DNA of 24,000 nt from Ensifer sp. USDA 6670. GTDB taxonomy: Bacteria > Pseudomonadota > Alphaproteobacteria > Rhizobiales > Rhizobiaceae. The position numbers and the translations under genes were made by a program. The stretch is from the NCBI GenBank assembly GCA_000421085.1, contig ATWE01000004.1:175218-199217 (forward strand). The letters run 5' to 3'. Under the pieces are notes generated by a model that saw nothing but the letters and a program-made list of their open reading frames with translations, made no database searches and was not told the DNA's origin. Shown here in pieces: positions 16,372 through 24,000 of this stretch; the first letter of the stretch is position 1, and every line of letters begins with the position of its first letter.

Positions 16372-16439
16372 GGGCCGCCGCCGATCGCCTGTGATCCCGG
16401 ATGTTCGGACACGGAGATCGGTTGGCGGCCCCTCATTTT
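16372..16439 (+). terminator. Long GC-rich hairpin followed by CTCATTTT (terminator-like, or a structured intergenic element)
   Basis: 16372-16379 (GGGCCGCC) pairs with 16424-16431 (GGCGGCCC), and 16381-16386 (CCGATC) pairs with 16416-16421 (GATCGG). Inner pairs are 16388-16393 with 16410-16414 and 16395-16397 with 16407-16409. TTTT follows at 16436-16439. Confidence 0.4.
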
Positions 16440-16569
16440 CCCACCTGTCGCATTGGCGAAGTGCCCCGGCTCGACTATCTAATACCCAGTTCCTTGAATC
16501 GGGTGCGATTTGGGCTAGCGATACAGCAGCCGAAAGCGTTGCGCGCCAACGAAAGAGTAAGAGGCCGAC

Positions 16570-17724
16570 ATGCCGGATGTCACCCGGGAAATGGTTTTAG
16601 AGAGGCTGCGGACCGTCCGCGGTCCGGACATGGAGGGAAACATCGTCGAGCTCGGCCTTGTGTCCGATGTGTTCATTTCCGACGGCAAGGCCTACTTCTC
16701 GATTACCGTGCCGGCGGATCGGGCGAAGGAGCTTGAGCCGATGCGGGCGGCCGCCGAACGGGTCGTGCGCGAGATTCCCGGCATGAAGGCCGCCATGGTG
16801 GCATTGACTGCCGACCGCAAGGCCGCTCCCCAGAAGGCCCCGGTGGAGCGGCCCCGGCCGGCCCCGACGGGCCATGCGCCGGCGCAGCGGGCGGGTGGCG
16901 GTGCAGCACCGAAGGCTGGCATTCCGGGCGTCGGCGCCATTATCGCCGTCGCCTCCGGCAAAGGCGGCGTCGGCAAGTCCACCACCTCCGTCAATCTGGC
17001 CCTGGCGCTTCAGGCAAACGGGCTGAAGGTCGGGCTCCTCGATGCGGATATCTACGGCCCTTCCATGCCGCGGCTTTTGAAGATTTCCGGCCGCCCGCAA
17101 CAGATCGAGGGGCGGCTTATCCGGCCGATGGAAAACTACGGCCTGAAAGTCATGTCGATGGGCTTCCTGGTGGACGAGGAGGTCGCGATGATCTGGCGCG
17201 GCCCGATGATCCAGTCGGCGCTCCTGCAGATGTTGCGCGAGGTGGCGTGGGGCGATCTCGACGTCCTGGTCGTGGACATGCCGCCGGGTACCGGTGACGC
17301 ACAGCTGACGATGGCTCAGCAGGTGCCGCTCGCTGGCGCCGTCATCGTGTCGACGCCGCAGGACCTCGCGCTCGTCGATGCGCGCAAGGGTCTCGCCATG
17401 TTCCGCAAGGTCGAGGTTCCGGTTCTCGGGATCGTCGAAAACATGAGCTATTTCGTGGCGCCCGATACGGGAAGGCGCTACGACATCTTCGGTCATGGCG
17501 GCGCGCGCAAGGAAGCCGAGCGCATCGGCGTACCGTTCCTTGGAGAGGTGCCCCTGACCATGGGTATCCGGGAGACCTCCGATGCGGGAACCCCTCTCGT
17601 AGTCTCCGAGCCCGATGGCGAGGTCGCGCGCGTCTATCGCGACATCGCCGCGCGGGTCTGGAACGAGGTCACCGCTGCCCGGCAGGACAAAAGTCGTGCG
17701 ATGCCGAACATCGTCTTCGAATAG
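16570..17724 (+). CDS. apbC: Mrp/ApbC/NBP35-family Fe-S cluster carrier ATPase
   Basis: It has an N-terminal DUF59-like segment (VLERLRTVRGPDMEGNIVELGLV) and a deviant Walker A (VASGKGGVGKSTTSVNLALAL), followed by DADIYGPS, VVDMPPGTGD and ENMSYF. The SD aagagg lies 5 nt before the ATG. Confidence 0.9.
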   Translation: MPDVTREMVLERLRTVRGPDMEGNIVELGLVSDVFISDGKAYFSITVPADRAKELEPMRAAAERVVREIPGMKAAMVALTADRKAAPQKAPVERPRPAPTGHAPAQRAGGGAAPKAGIPGVGAIIAVASGKGGVGKSTTSVNLALALQANGLKVGLLDADIYGPSMPRLLKISGRPQQIEGRLIRPMENYGLKVMSMGFLVDEEVAMIWRGPMIQSALLQMLREVAWGDLDVLVVDMPPGTGDAQLTMAQQVPLAGAVIVSTPQDLALVDARKGLAMFRKVEVPVLGIVENMSYFVAPDTGRRYDIFGHGGARKEAERIGVPFLGEVPLTMGIRETSDAGTPLVVSEPDGEVARVYRDIAARVWNEVTAARQDKSRAMPNIVFE

Positions 17725-18048
17725 CGCTTCTTCACGGGCACCTGCCCAAGCGACGTGCCGACGCAGGAATTCGGCGCGGCGCGGCTGAGACATGCGACAG
17801 GGAAGCGCCCGATCCCCGAAGGCCATTGATTTTGCGCGAGCGTTGCGCCATATCCCTTGGCTCGCATAGGCAAGGCAAAGCGAGCCACTGCCGTCGCCGG
17901 AGACTTTCGTCACCCGACGCCGTCAAGCAGCGTCAAAAAGGACGGAAGCCTTCATCGGATGAATCTGCATCGTGGAAAATCGTGTGGCGGCTGATCCTAC
18001 GGAATCTTCATGGTTCATCGTCGCCGGCGGCAGCAAAAAGGCGGCCAC

Positions 18049-19026
18049 ATGATCACAGGCTATTGTCTCGACGGTGAAGCTGTCGCTCTCTCGACGGCCG
18101 AGCCGCCGTCGGCCCTGCGTCCCGATCTCGTCTGGATAGATCTTGTCGAGCCGACCAAGGCGGAAGACCTTATGATCGAGGGTCTGCTCGGAATTCCCAT
18201 TCCGACGCGGGACGATCTGAGGGACATCGAACCTTCCAGCAGGCTTTATACCGATGACGGTGCCGTCTTCATGACCGCCTCGCTCGTCTATCGAAGCGAC
18301 ACGGAAATGCCGGGGTTGACCGATGTCGGTTTCATTCTGTCGGGCAAGCGTCTCGTCACCGTCCGCTATGCCGAGCCGAGGGCCTTTGGCCTCTTCAAGG
18401 CCGGCATGCATCGAATTCCCGGCGGCTGCCGCAACGGCGCCGTTATTCTGACGCGCCTGCTCGAGACGATCGTCGACCGAACCGCGGAAATTCTCGAGCA
18501 GTCGGTCGACAAGATCGACGATCTGGCGCTTCAGGTCTTTGGCGAAAAGGCTTCCGGCAAGCGCAGGCCGCCCCATTTCCTCGAAGCGCGCCTGCGCGAC
18601 GTCGCGGGCCATCACAGGCTGGTCGCCAAGACCCGCGACAGCCTCGCTTCGCTCTCCAGACTGCTGACCTTCGTCTATACCGTTCCCGACGTGCAGGCGG
18701 ACAAGGAAAGCCGTGAACTTTGCCGTACGATATCCCGGGACATCCAGTCGCTTTCGGAACATACGGCTTTCATCTCGGGAAATATCACCTTCCTGCTCGA
18801 TGCCTCGCTCGGGCTCATCAATGTCGAGCAGAATGCCATCATCAAGATCTTCTCGATCGCTTCGGTCGTGCTGTTGCCGCCGACGCTGGTCGCTTCCGTC
18901 TACGGCATGAACTTTCGCATCATGCCTGAGCTTGAATGGCAGTTCGGCTATCCGTGGGCGCTTGCAGCCATGGTGCTTTCGGCCGTGATCCCCTTTTTCT
19001 TCTTCCGCTGGAAAGGCTGGCTCTAA
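18049..19026 (+). CDS. corA: CorA-family divalent-cation (Mg2+/Co2+) channel
   Basis: The YGMNF (GMN) motif is followed by a second TM helix and the C-terminal [11 protein letters not shown] chose the ATG at 18049 (MITGYCLDG...) within the 18010..19026 ORF. Confidence 0.8.
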   Translation: MITGYCLDGEAVALSTAEPPSALRPDLVWIDLVEPTKAEDLMIEGLLGIPIPTRDDLRDIEPSSRLYTDDGAVFMTASLVYRSDTEMPGLTDVGFILSGKRLVTVRYAEPRAFGLFKAGMHRIPGGCRNGAVILTRLLETIVDRTAEILEQSVDKIDDLALQVFGEKASGKRRPPHFLEARLRDVAGHHRLVAKTRDSLASLSRLLTFVYTVPDVQADKESRELCRTISRDIQSLSEHTAFISGNITFLLDASLGLINVEQNAIIKIFSIASVVLLPPTLVASVYGMNFRIMPELEWQFGYPWALAAMVLSAVIPFFFFRWKGWL

Positions 19027-19042
19027 GGGCCTGTTGGGCAAT

Positions 19043-20944
19043 ATGTCTCAATTGTCTGCTCCCGCAACACCTGGCGTGGAAAATGCGCGCCGGCTGCTGG
19101 TTCTGGCGCTCGGCTCCGTCGGCGTCGTGTATGGCGACATCGGCACCAGCCCGCTCTATGCCTTCCGCGAAGCCTTGCGCCCCGTCTCGCACGACGGCGT
19201 GACGGACGTCGAGATCATCGGTTTGATCTCGCTGATGATCTGGGCGCTGACGATCATCGTCACGATAAAATACGTGCTTTTCCTGCTGCGGGCGGACAAT
19301 CAGGGCGAGGGCGGCACGCTCTCTCTGCTGGCGCTGCTCATGAAGACCGCCAATGGTCACACGGCGATCCTGTTCTTCATGGGGATCGCCGGCGCGGCGC
19401 TCTTCATCGGCGACGCGATGATCACACCGGCACTGTCTGTGCTCTCGGCCGTCGAGGGTTTGAAGCTGGTGACCCCAGCCCTTTCGGACTACGTCGTTCC
19501 GATCGCCGTTGTGATCCTCCTGCTCCTCTTCGCCGTCCAGTCGAAGGGTACCGCGGCGGTTTCCAACTTCTTCGGGCCGATTACGCTCATCTGGTTCGTG
19601 GTCATGGGCACGATCGGGTTCGTGCATATTGCCGACGATTTGTCGATTTTCAGAGCCTTCAACCCGTATTATGCCGCCAGCTTCCTGTTCAATGAAGGCT
19701 ATGTCGGCATCGTCGTGCTCGGCGCCGTCTTCCTGACAGTCACGGGTGCCGAGGCGCTTTACGCCGATCTCGGCCATTTCGGCCGGCGGCCGATCCAATG
19801 GGCCTGGTTTACCGTCGTCTTCCCGGCGCTCACGCTGAACTATCTGGGGCAGGGCGCCTTCGTGCTGAAGAACCCGGAGGCGATGTCCGATCCCTTCTTC
19901 CTGATGTTTCCGAAATGGGCGCTGCTGCCCGCCGTCATTCTTGCGACCGCGGCCACCATCATCGCCAGTCAGGCGGTCATAACCGGAGCGTTTTCGCTGA
20001 CGCGCCAGGCCATCCACCTCGGTTTCCTGCCACGCATGGCGATCTTCCACACGTCCGAAACCCACACGGGTCAGATCTACCTGCCGAACGTCAACACGCT
20101 TTTGATGTTCGGCGTCATGGCGCTCGTCTTCCTCTTCGGCTCCTCCGAGGCGCTCGCGACCGCCTACGGCATTTCCGTCACCGGTGCGATGGTGGTCACC
20201 ACTGTCCTTTCCTTCGAATTCCTGCGTATGCGGTGGAACTGGCCGACCTGGTGGGCGGCCGGTGCACTGCTGCCGCTGTTTGCGCTGGAATTCGTCTTCC
20301 TGGGCGCCAACATGCTGAAGATCCACGATGGCGGCTACGTGCCGATCCTGATCGCGGCGACCTTCATCGTCATCATGTGGACCTGGAAGCGCGGCACAGC
20401 AATCCTGCACGCCAAGACCCGCCATATCGACATTCCGCTGGCAAGCTTCATCAAATCGGTCGAACGCCAGAGCGAGCACGCGCCAGTGTCGGTGACCGGC
20501 ACGGCGATATTCCTGACCAGCGACCCGGAATCGACACCTGCCGCCCTGCTGCACAACATCAAACACAATCACGTTCTGCATCAGCAGAACTTCATTCTGA
20601 CGATCCGGACGGCAAACACACCGAAGGTGCCGAAGGCAGAGCGGGTCAGCGTGCGGCGGTTGTCGGAGCGTTTCACCCTGCTGGAAATGAAGTTCGGCTT
20701 CATGGAGACGCAGAATGTCTCTCAGGCGCTGGGCCTCTTCAGAAAATCGGGCCTGAAGTTCGACATCATGTCCACCTCTTTCTATCTCGGCCGCCGCAAA
20801 CTCGTGCCCGACGCCCAATCCGGCATGCCGCATTGGCAGGATCGCCTGTTCATCGCGCTCGCCAATGCTGCGATCGATCCATCGGACTATTTCCGCCTGC
20901 CGACGAACCGGGTGGTCGAACTCGGCTCTCACGTGATCATCTGA
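19043..20944 (+). CDS. kup: KUP/HAK/KT-family potassium uptake protein
   Basis: The N-terminus [26 protein letters not shown] is the Kup signature, followed by about 12 TM segments and a cytosolic C-domain. The start is the ATG at 19043, or possibly the TTG at 19034. It begins only 8-17 nt after the corA-family stop, so co-transcription is likely. Confidence 0.9.
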   Translation: MSQLSAPATPGVENARRLLVLALGSVGVVYGDIGTSPLYAFREALRPVSHDGVTDVEIIGLISLMIWALTIIVTIKYVLFLLRADNQGEGGTLSLLALLMKTANGHTAILFFMGIAGAALFIGDAMITPALSVLSAVEGLKLVTPALSDYVVPIAVVILLLLFAVQSKGTAAVSNFFGPITLIWFVVMGTIGFVHIADDLSIFRAFNPYYAASFLFNEGYVGIVVLGAVFLTVTGAEALYADLGHFGRRPIQWAWFTVVFPALTLNYLGQGAFVLKNPEAMSDPFFLMFPKWALLPAVILATAATIIASQAVITGAFSLTRQAIHLGFLPRMAIFHTSETHTGQIYLPNVNTLLMFGVMALVFLFGSSEALATAYGISVTGAMVVTTVLSFEFLRMRWNWPTWWAAGALLPLFALEFVFLGANMLKIHDGGYVPILIAATFIVIMWTWKRGTAILHAKTRHIDIPLASFIKSVERQSEHAPVSVTGTAIFLTSDPESTPAALLHNIKHNHVLHQQNFILTIRTANTPKVPKAERVSVRRLSERFTLLEMKFGFMETQNVSQALGLFRKSGLKFDIMSTSFYLGRRKLVPDAQSGMPHWQDRLFIALANAAIDPSDYFRLPTNRVVELGSHVII

Positions 20945-21053
20945 TCCGAAGACGCTGTCCCTCAATCTGCGCACTTCCGCGCGGAAAACCGCTACACACC
21001 TTTCCTGGAGGTGCTTTGCGAACCTCGGGCGAATTGCCGGTCTCGGCGCGTCC

Positions 21054-21080
21054 GCATTAACCAAACATCAAGGTTAATGC
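21054..21080. repeat. Perfect AT-rich inverted repeat GCATTAACC-N9-GGTTAATGC
   Basis: Read directly; it is followed by cgcATTTTc. It lies 110 nt after the kup stop and 110 nt before the hydrolase start, and could be a weak terminator or an operator. Confidence 0.35.
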
Positions 21081-21189
21081 CGCATTTTCAAAGCTCAAGA
21101 GAAACGGTCCCGGCGAGCCGGCCGACCAACCTCAGCGTCCTGCATGGAATCTTGCCGCTGGCTTATCGCCGGCTTGCGAGAACGCGTGC

Positions 21190-22392
21190 TTGAGAAAGAG
21201 TTTCTGGAGCCGACCGGTGCGTAAGAGTTGGAAATTGCGTGACAAGTTTCGGTTTTCGTTCTCGGCCTGGCGCGCTCCGGCGATCCTAGGCCTTGCCGTC
21301 TTCCTCGGCTTTCCCTCGGCGGTCGCCTATTCGGACATCGCGACGTTTCTGTCCGGCATCAACCGCGGCGGCGAGCGTTGGCGCACCTATCTCACTCCGT
21401 CGCCGGCCGGCTCGCTCCACGAAGTCGAGATGGTCTTCACGGACCCGATCACCACCGGTGCGCTCGATGGCGGCGCCGGCATGACCCTGCCGGATGGTGG
21501 CCGCGTGGCGCTGACCGCCGAATCGAAGCACCAGGGGACGCCGGACGAGGATCGCGTGACGCGGAAGCTGAAGAAGGGGCGAATCGTCGCGGTAACACCC
21601 GTGACCCCGCCCAAGGACTTCAGCGCCGGCTCCATCCTTCAGCGCACGAGCTCGCTTATCGGCCCGGCCCTCGACGGCCCCGAGAAGATGGTCTTTGGCA
21701 AGCCGAAGATCAAAGGCAAGGAGATCGAGATCGCCACTGCCTTTTACCGCAAGACGCCGCCGAAGCCGGAGCCGGGCCTCTCGCCGATGCTTGCCAAGCT
21801 CGTCACCAACGACAAGCCCGACATCCTTGCGACTGCCTATGTCCGGCCCGAGCCGGACTATGCGCGTGAATCACCTTTCGATTCGATCCTGAGGAATGAC
21901 GAAAATGCAGGGCGCTTCATTCCGGATATCGCGCCCGACGATCATGCCTGGGCGGCAACACCGCTGCCGCCAACCGTCTTCAGCAAGGAAGAGCAGACCT
22001 GTCTGGCCGAGGGGATCTATTTCGAGGCGCGCAGCGAATCCGTCAAGGGTCAGGCTGCGGTGGCGCAGGTCATTCTCAATCGCGTGCGCAACCCGACCTA
22101 CCCGAAAACGATCTGCGGCGTCGTCTACCAGAACAAGGCCTGGCGCAATCGCTGCCAGTTCTCTTTCGCCTGCGACATGATCCGGGACCTTATCTATTCG
22201 CGGTCGCACTGGAAGACGGCCAAGGAGGTCGCACTGGCGGTCACCTCCGGAAGGATATGGCTGTCGGAAGTCGGCTCGGCGACCCATTATCACGCCACCT
22301 ATGTAAATCCCGCCTGGGCGAAGACGATGAAGCGGGTCGGCAAGATCGGCCTGCACATCTTCTACAGGACCTATGGCGGCGGCTGGAGTTGA
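21190..22392 (+). CDS. Membrane-anchored protein with a C-terminal SleB-like cell-wall hydrolase (Hydrolase_2) domain
   Basis: The C-terminal ~130 aa (CLAEGIYFEARSESVKGQAAVAQVILNRVRNPTYPKTICGVVYQ...QFSFACD...ATHYHATYVNPAWA) match the SleB/Hydrolase_2 family. The N-terminal TM anchor is APAILGLAVFLGFPSAVAY. About 250 aa in between have no features I recognise. The start codon is uncertain: TTG at 21190 or GTG at 21217. Confidence 0.75.
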   Translation: MRKSFWSRPVRKSWKLRDKFRFSFSAWRAPAILGLAVFLGFPSAVAYSDIATFLSGINRGGERWRTYLTPSPAGSLHEVEMVFTDPITTGALDGGAGMTLPDGGRVALTAESKHQGTPDEDRVTRKLKKGRIVAVTPVTPPKDFSAGSILQRTSSLIGPALDGPEKMVFGKPKIKGKEIEIATAFYRKTPPKPEPGLSPMLAKLVTNDKPDILATAYVRPEPDYARESPFDSILRNDENAGRFIPDIAPDDHAWAATPLPPTVFSKEEQTCLAEGIYFEARSESVKGQAAVAQVILNRVRNPTYPKTICGVVYQNKAWRNRCQFSFACDMIRDLIYSRSHWKTAKEVALAVTSGRIWLSEVGSATHYHATYVNPAWAKTMKRVGKIGLHIFYRTYGGGWS

Positions 22393-22426
22393 CGGCGAAG
22401 CCGCCTCCGCGCCCCCTGTCAGCCCC

Positions 22427-22456
22427 TGTGGCCGCTGGCGTGACCCCGCGGCCACA
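22427..22456 (+). terminator. Hairpin downstream of the hydrolase gene
   Basis: TGTGGCCGC-N12-GCGGCCACA has a 9-bp perfect stem and starts 35 nt after the stop at 22392. No U-tract follows. Confidence 0.35.
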
Positions 22457-22557
22457 AGCGCCGATTCCCTCTGCACCTTTGTCGCAGCTTGCCGGATTTA
22501 TCCCTAAGTACTTGAATCAATGTAAGAATATTGTCCACGTCGAAGGTGCCTGCATGC

Positions 22558-22586
22558 CTTGACTATGCGGGTGCCTAAAACTATGT
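22558..22586 (+). promoter_or_regulatory. Housekeeping sigma-70-type promoter for the atpI-atpB-atpE operon
   Basis: CTTGAC, then 17 nt (tatgcgggtgcctaaaa), then CTATGT. This is one mismatch from the rhizobial consensus CTTGAC-N17-CTATAT. It lies about 100 nt upstream of the atpI start. Confidence 0.55.
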
Positions 22587-22685
22587 TGCGCGCGACTTCA
22601 AATGGGGCCGAAGCGTGGCTTGGACAGCGGCCGTTTGTATGACCGAGATCGCGTTCGACCGCGTGGGGCTGCAAAGGGGAGCCAT

Positions 22686-23048
22686 GTGACGGAGAAGCCG
22701 GAAGAAAGTCTGGAAGCGCGGCTCAAGCGCCTCGGCGACGACATCAAGTCCAAGAAGCGGGCGGATGTCTCGGAAGGGGCGGACGGGCGCGCCGATGAAA
22801 GCCGCAAGGGGTACGCGGCGGCGATGAAGCTTTCGAGCGAATTCATCGCCGGCATCCTGGTCGGGGCGTTTCTGGGCTATCTTTTGGACCACTTTGCGGG
22901 TACAGGGCCGTGGGGCATGATCGTCCTCCTGCTTCTCGGCTTCTGTGCCGGTGTCTTGAACGTGCTGCGTTCCGCCGGTTTGGTGGCGACAACCGACCAG
23001 CGAAAAGGCGGGTCGGGCACGGATAAAGAGGACGGTGGCGACGCCTGA
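22686..23048 (+). CDS. atpI: ATP synthase protein I (AtpI/AtpZ family)
   Basis: Two TM helices (FIAGILVGAFLGYLLDHF, WGMIVLLLLGFCAGVLNVL) sit immediately upstream of atpB. The GTG at 22686 is preceded by aaaggggag (SD). The ATG at 22602 offered in the ORF track has no SD. Confidence 0.75.
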   Translation: MTEKPEESLEARLKRLGDDIKSKKRADVSEGADGRADESRKGYAAAMKLSSEFIAGILVGAFLGYLLDHFAGTGPWGMIVLLLLGFCAGVLNVLRSAGLVATTDQRKGGSGTDKEDGGDA

Positions 23049-23108
23049 GGTGTCGCCGGGAAGAACAGCATTTCCGCTCGCGGGCGGGCAGAACGAAAGA
23101 GAAGCGCG

Positions 23109-23861
23109 GTGTCAAACGATCCGACCCACCAGTTCCTGGTCAACAAGATTGTCCCGCTCGAGATCGGCGGAATTGACTTTTCCTTCACCAATGCGTCGCT
23201 GTTCATGGTGGCGACCGTCGGTGCGGCTGCCGGTTTCCTCTATCTGACGACATCGCAGCGCGGGCTGATCCCGACGCGCATGCAGTCGGTTTCGGAAATG
23301 TCCTATGAATTCATCGCCTCGATGCTTCGCGAAGGCGCCGGCAGTCACGGGATGAAATTCTTCCCGATGGTCTTCTCGCTGTTCATGTTCATCCTGACGG
23401 CGAACCTGCTCGGCATGGTCCCCTATTTCTTCACCGTCACCAGCCAGATCATCGTCACCTTCGCGCTCGCGGTCTTCGTGATCGGCACCGTCCTTCTCTA
23501 CGGCTTCTACAAGCACGGCTTCGGCTTCCTCAAGCTTTTCGTGCCGCAGGGAGTACCCGGCGCGCTCCTGCCGCTGGTGGTGGCGATCGAAATCATCTCG
23601 TTCCTTTCCCGACCCATCAGCCTCTCGGTCCGTCTCTTCGCCAACATGCTGGCCGGCCACATCACGCTGAAGGTCTTCGCAGGCTTCGTCGCCTCGCTCA
23701 GCGCCTTTGGTGCGCTCGGCATCGGCGGTGCGATCCTGCCGCTCATCATGACCGTCGCGCTTACCGGTCTTGAATTCCTGGTCGCCTTCCTCCAGGCCTA
23801 TGTCTTTGCGGTGCTGACCTGCATGTACCTCAACGATGCGGTCCACCCCGGAGGCCACTAA
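23109..23861 (+). CDS. atpB: F0F1 ATP synthase subunit a
   Basis: 250 aa and polytopic, with the conserved [14 protein letters not shown] motif containing the essential Arg. Confidence 0.92.
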   Translation: MSNDPTHQFLVNKIVPLEIGGIDFSFTNASLFMVATVGAAAGFLYLTTSQRGLIPTRMQSVSEMSYEFIASMLREGAGSHGMKFFPMVFSLFMFILTANLLGMVPYFFTVTSQIIVTFALAVFVIGTVLLYGFYKHGFGFLKLFVPQGVPGALLPLVVAIEIISFLSRPISLSVRLFANMLAGHITLKVFAGFVASLSAFGALGIGGAILPLIMTVALTGLEFLVAFLQAYVFAVLTCMYLNDAVHPGGH

Positions 23862-23879
23862 GGAATAACAGTCGCTGGT

Positions 23880-23902
23880 TTCCGGTCGGCTTGCCGCCGG
23901 AA
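23880..23902 (+). other. Intercistronic stem-loop between atpB and atpE
   Basis: TTCCGG-tcggcttgccg-CCGGAA, with additional inner CGG/CCG pairs. It lies in the 83-nt atpB-atpE spacer. Confidence 0.3.
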
Positions 23903-23944
23903 GCACAAATCCTAAGCCGCAACACCATTTCGAAGGAGTCAATC

Positions 23945-24000
23945 ATGGAAGCGGAAGCAGCAAAGTACATCGGTGCAGGTCTTGCATGCCTTGGTATGGC
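23945..24000 (+). CDS. atpE: F0F1 ATP synthase subunit c, first 18 codons (runs off the right edge)
   Basis: The ATG at 23945 is preceded by gaaggag. The translation MEAEAAKYIGAGLACLGM is typical of an alphaproteobacterial c-subunit N-terminus. It is absent from the ORF track because it has no stop in the window. Confidence 0.85.
   Translation, partial: MEAEAAKYIGAGLACLGM

Noticed and set aside
17725-18048. 324-bp gap upstream of the CorA-family gene examined for a riboswitch or leader and for small ORFs (17826..18077 +, 17732..17926 -)
   Set aside because: I found only short imperfect dyads (GCGAGC-N18-GCTCGC, CCGTC-N16-GACGG) and no structure I can match to a known Mg2+ leader. The small ORFs are Arg/Ser-rich with no SD. 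The gap is unexplained, but nothing in it can be supported.
22602-22685. ATG at 22602 as the atpI start (148-aa version in the ORF track)
   Set aside because: It has no SD and lies only about 10 nt from the predicted TSS of the CTTGAC-N17-CTATGT promoter. The in-frame GTG at 22686 has a strong aaaggggag SD and gives a typical AtpI N-terminus (TEKPEESLEARLKRLG).
1-24000. Scan for mobile elements, CRISPR arrays, tRNA/rRNA genes, toxin-antitoxin pairs or defence-system genes
   Set aside because: I found no transposase, integrase or recombinase-like ORFs, no regularly spaced direct repeats, and no tRNA-like T-arm (GGTTCGAATCC-type) sequence. All substantial ORFs are accounted for by housekeeping, metabolic or regulatory families.

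Overview
High-GC alphaproteobacterial chromosomal DNA. The gene content and order look Rhizobiaceae-like, and from memory resemble a Sinorhizobium/Ensifer chromosome; that is unverified and needs a BLASTN check.

I support 21 protein-coding genes, two of them truncated at the window edges and absent from the ORF track: mutL on the left and atpE on the right. In order they are:
- mutL (partial)
- a translationally coupled pair: a kinase-less PAS-PAS-REC protein and a degenerate-GGDEF/EAL protein
- a LysR regulator divergent from a non-pyrrolysine MttB-family methyltransferase
- a secreted PRC-barrel protein with an EcfG/RpoE2-type promoter
- a five-gene De Ley-Doudoroff-like sugar-acid operon (SDR, dgoK, dgoA, lactonase, IlvD/Edd-family dehydratase) with a divergent IclR regulator
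- two tandem LuxR-type solo regulators
- apbC/mrp, a CorA-family channel, kup and a membrane-anchored SleB-like cell-wall hydrolase
- the start of the F0 ATP synthase operon (atpI, atpB, atpE)

I saw no transposase, integrase, CRISPR array, tRNA/rRNA gene or recognisable defence system. I cannot honestly point to a novel multi-gene system.

The least-explained sequence is the AT-richer block around the LuxR pair (about 14150-16570). It contains a near-consensus sigma-54 -24/-12 element followed by a 60-nt hairpin and a U-run, which could be a small RNA. A gapped ~30-nt motif also brackets the two LuxR genes.

All family calls come from motif recognition by eye; no HMM or BLAST search was possible. 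Most long ORFs antisense to these genes are high-GC shadow ORFs.
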